DNA of 64,000 nt from Nitrospiraceae bacterium. GTDB lineage: Bacteria > Nitrospirota > Nitrospiria > Nitrospirales > Nitrospiraceae. A program made the position numbers and the translations under genes. Below are positions 62,009 to 64,000 of this stretch, one piece after another (position 1 is the first letter of the stretch; each line of letters starts with the position of its first letter). A model generated the notes under the pieces. That model was not told where the DNA came from. It made no database searches and saw only the letters and a list, made by a program, of their open reading frames with translations. The stretch lies in contig JBFWWG010000014.1 of assembly GCA_050246315.1 (NCBI GenBank), positions 1 to 64,000 on the forward strand. Reading direction: 5' to 3'.

Positions 62009-63283
62009 TCAGTCGGCTTGTATCCATCGTCCGATCGCACGACGGACGGCTGGTAGCGGCATGCACGTGCAGATCACGGCTCGCAGGAATCGAATTGCTC
62101 GGTTCAGCCGCCGCAAGTGCGGCTTCCAGCGAAACCACGAAGGTGGTCGGGCAACAACTGGATGATCAGCATGGCACAGCGCCAATCCATACCGCCACCG
62201 ATCCCACCAATCGTCCTTCAGTGTGAAATAGAGCGCCGCTCCATCGTGCTCATCAATACCGTGTTGTGTCTGGGCCAGCAGACTCTTCGGCATGCGTTCC
62301 GCCAACTCCGGGATTTCAAATTCCGAAGAGACTGCGCTCACAATTTCGGATGGCAGGGAGATGCTCATCACCCGATGAGCAAGACTCAACCCAAGCAGAA
62401 GCATCCTGCGACAGTTCCACTTCTCTGCCGTGGCGAAGACGCGCGCCCAATCCAATCGTTTCGCGCGGACCAGTTCGGCAACGTCAACGATCCACTTGAG
62501 ACGCTCCCAGGCATGCTTCGAACCATGCACGCACAAAATATTCAACAATTCCTCAGGGGCGAGGGTCTCAACCTGTTGACCATCGATCGGGACGCGAATA
62601 CGCCGATCCCATACATCCGCCCGGTCCAGACGAAATGAAAAGTGTTGGTGTGCCATGACCCATTGCAAATCGACGAGTATGCGGCTCTTTTCGCCCAAAA
62701 ACAGATGATACGGCTGATCAAAGTCTGACACCTGACATTCGTCTTGCGAGGGATTCAGTGGGCGGTACCCCTGCGACAGCAAGACATCTCTGGCATCCGA
62801 CAACCGGGACTGCGGCACGATAAAATCCAGATCATCGAAGTCCCTCAGATTCCTATCCTCGTAGGCCATGATTCCCAAGGTCACGCCTTTGAAAGACACG
62901 ACCGGCACCCCACTCTCGTTAAAGGCTCGGCAGAGTCGCACCAGCTCTTGCGCCAACACGCGATTCAACAGCGTGCCCACCAAAGTGGACCGGCGCAGCG
63001 CACCGAGCGACGCCTGGGGTACCAGGTCGTCGCAGACCGTACCGATCGTCCGAGACACCAGCGGTCCTACCCCGTGGTAGCGGGCGAGATCCAGCACGAA
63101 CGGCCAGTCCATCGGCTGTTGCGCCGCTTCTCGGATACGACGCCCCACCGCCTCACTCACGGTCGTACGTGCGCACAAGATGACGAACCGGGCTTCCGGA
63201 AACCATGTCGGCGGCAGACGGGTTCCCTTGTCGAATATCGGGACCTCGCTAGGCATGACCGACATGGCTTGTGCGCGCATCAT
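62009..63283 (-). CDS. uncharacterised nucleotidyltransferase family protein (NTP_transf_5-like)
   Basis: FKGVTL...Y....RDFDDLDFIV; VDLQW; LCVHGSKHAWERLKWIVDV. Confidence 0.82.
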   Translation of the reverse strand: MMRAQAMSVMPSEVPIFDKGTRLPPTWFPEARFVILCARTTVSEAVGRRIREAAQQPMDWPFVLDLARYHGVGPLVSRTIGTVCDDLVPQASLGALRRSTLVGTLLNRVLAQELVRLCRAFNESGVPVVSFKGVTLGIMAYEDRNLRDFDDLDFIVPQSRLSDARDVLLSQGYRPLNPSQDECQVSDFDQPYHLFLGEKSRILVDLQWVMAHQHFSFRLDRADVWDRRIRVPIDGQQVETLAPEELLNILCVHGSKHAWERLKWIVDVAELVRAKRLDWARVFATAEKWNCRRMLLLGLSLAHRVMSISLPSEIVSAVSSEFEIPELAERMPKSLLAQTQHGIDEHDGAALYFTLKDDWWDRWRYGLALCHADHPVVARPPSWFRWKPHLRRLNRAIRFLRAVICTCMPLPAVRRAIGRWIQAD

Positions 63284-64000
63284 CCTTTCCTTTCGAGCGG
63301 CATCGTGACGGCTCCGAAGGCTTCCACGAAAGGACGGAAATACAGGTGGCTCACCTTCCTGAACTCACGAGCCACAGGTTCCTGCAGCCCGACTCGAAGA
63401 GGTTCCCGGACTTGGGGTACGTACAGGGTCCCGAACAACACATCCCACACGGCCAGTTTGACGCCAAAATTCCTGTTCACGTGTTGAGGATCGACACTGT
63501 GGTGGATCTGATGCATGACGGGACTGATAAACAAGCGGCTGACGACGGGGCCAAACGACACCCAGAGGTGTGAGTGATGCCAATGATGACCCAAGAATCC
63601 CAGTGCAAAGGTGATCACGCTGATGCCGAAGACCATGGTCAATTCCATGTCGTGGGGGACGAGGTTTTGGGAGAAGACGGAGGCCATCCCGAGGAACGGA
63701 GCCTGCAAGACGGCCGGCAGCAGGAGTTCCACCGGATGCGCCCGATAGGCGGTGATGGGAGTCAACACTTCGGCCGAGTGATGCACTCGGTGGAACGCCC
63801 ATAGCACGGGAATCTTGTGAAACAAGACATGTGTCAGATAGTTCACGAGATCGTAGACGACAAAGAACCCCGCCGCGACGGCAAACAGCGCAGTGGGCGG
63901 CAGGGTTCGGGGAGGTTCCCATGCGAAGTACCCGATCATCACAGCCGTCATCGCTTTGTAGCCGACCATGCCGACCCCGCCCATGACAGGGATGAGGAGC
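63280..64000 (-). CDS. sterol desaturase / fatty acid hydroxylase family, 5'-truncated by the window edge
   Basis: His boxes HVLFH, FHRVHHS, HHSH, HQIHHS; NFG...WDVLFGT. Confidence 0.88.
   Translation of the reverse strand, partial: LLIPVMGGVGMVGYKAMTAVMIGYFAWEPPRTLPPTALFAVAAGFFVVYDLVNYLTHVLFHKIPVLWAFHRVHHSAEVLTPITAYRAHPVELLLPAVLQAPFLGMASVFSQNLVPHDMELTMVFGISVITFALGFLGHHWHHSHLWVSFGPVVSRLFISPVMHQIHHSVDPQHVNRNFGVKLAVWDVLFGTLYVPQVREPLRVGLQEPVAREFRKVSHLYFRPFVEAFGAVTMPLERKG

Noticed and set aside
62009..63283. Nucleotidyltransferase as a marker of a lasso-peptide cluster
   Set aside because: No cyclase, peptidase or precursor lies within the window; the operon continues past 64000, so it cannot be judged here.

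Overview
Chromosomal window from a GC-rich Nitrospira-like bacterium; the 16S contains the Ntspa662 and Ntspa712 probe sequences as I recall them. It starts in a minus-strand rRNA operon (16S, tRNA-Ile, tRNA-Ala, partial 23S). It continues through mostly housekeeping and conserved hypothetical genes (aroC, aspS, two pseudouridine synthases, guaA, guaB, scpB/scpA, ppx, recG), with small MITE-like inverted-repeat elements scattered between them. The main hidden structure is a dispersed diversity-generating-retroelement (DGR)-like system with no reverse transcriptase in the window. It has a non-coding AAC-rich template-repeat-like segment (40478-40597, minus) followed by a hairpin-rich spacer, and two TIR + FGE-sulfatase/C-type-lectin genes 23 kb apart (18766-20001 soluble; 41773-43185 TIR-TM-lectin). 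The 3' ends of both genes are gaplessly collinear with the template. The two genes also share an identically spaced operator + sigma70 promoter and a conserved 40-nt pyrimidine tract after the stop codon. Toxin-antitoxin modules occupy the gap between target and template. A separate HicAB mini-island is flanked by a 103-bp duplication of a methyltransferase 3' end. All alignments and counts were done by eye; family assignments come from motif recognition, not database searches.
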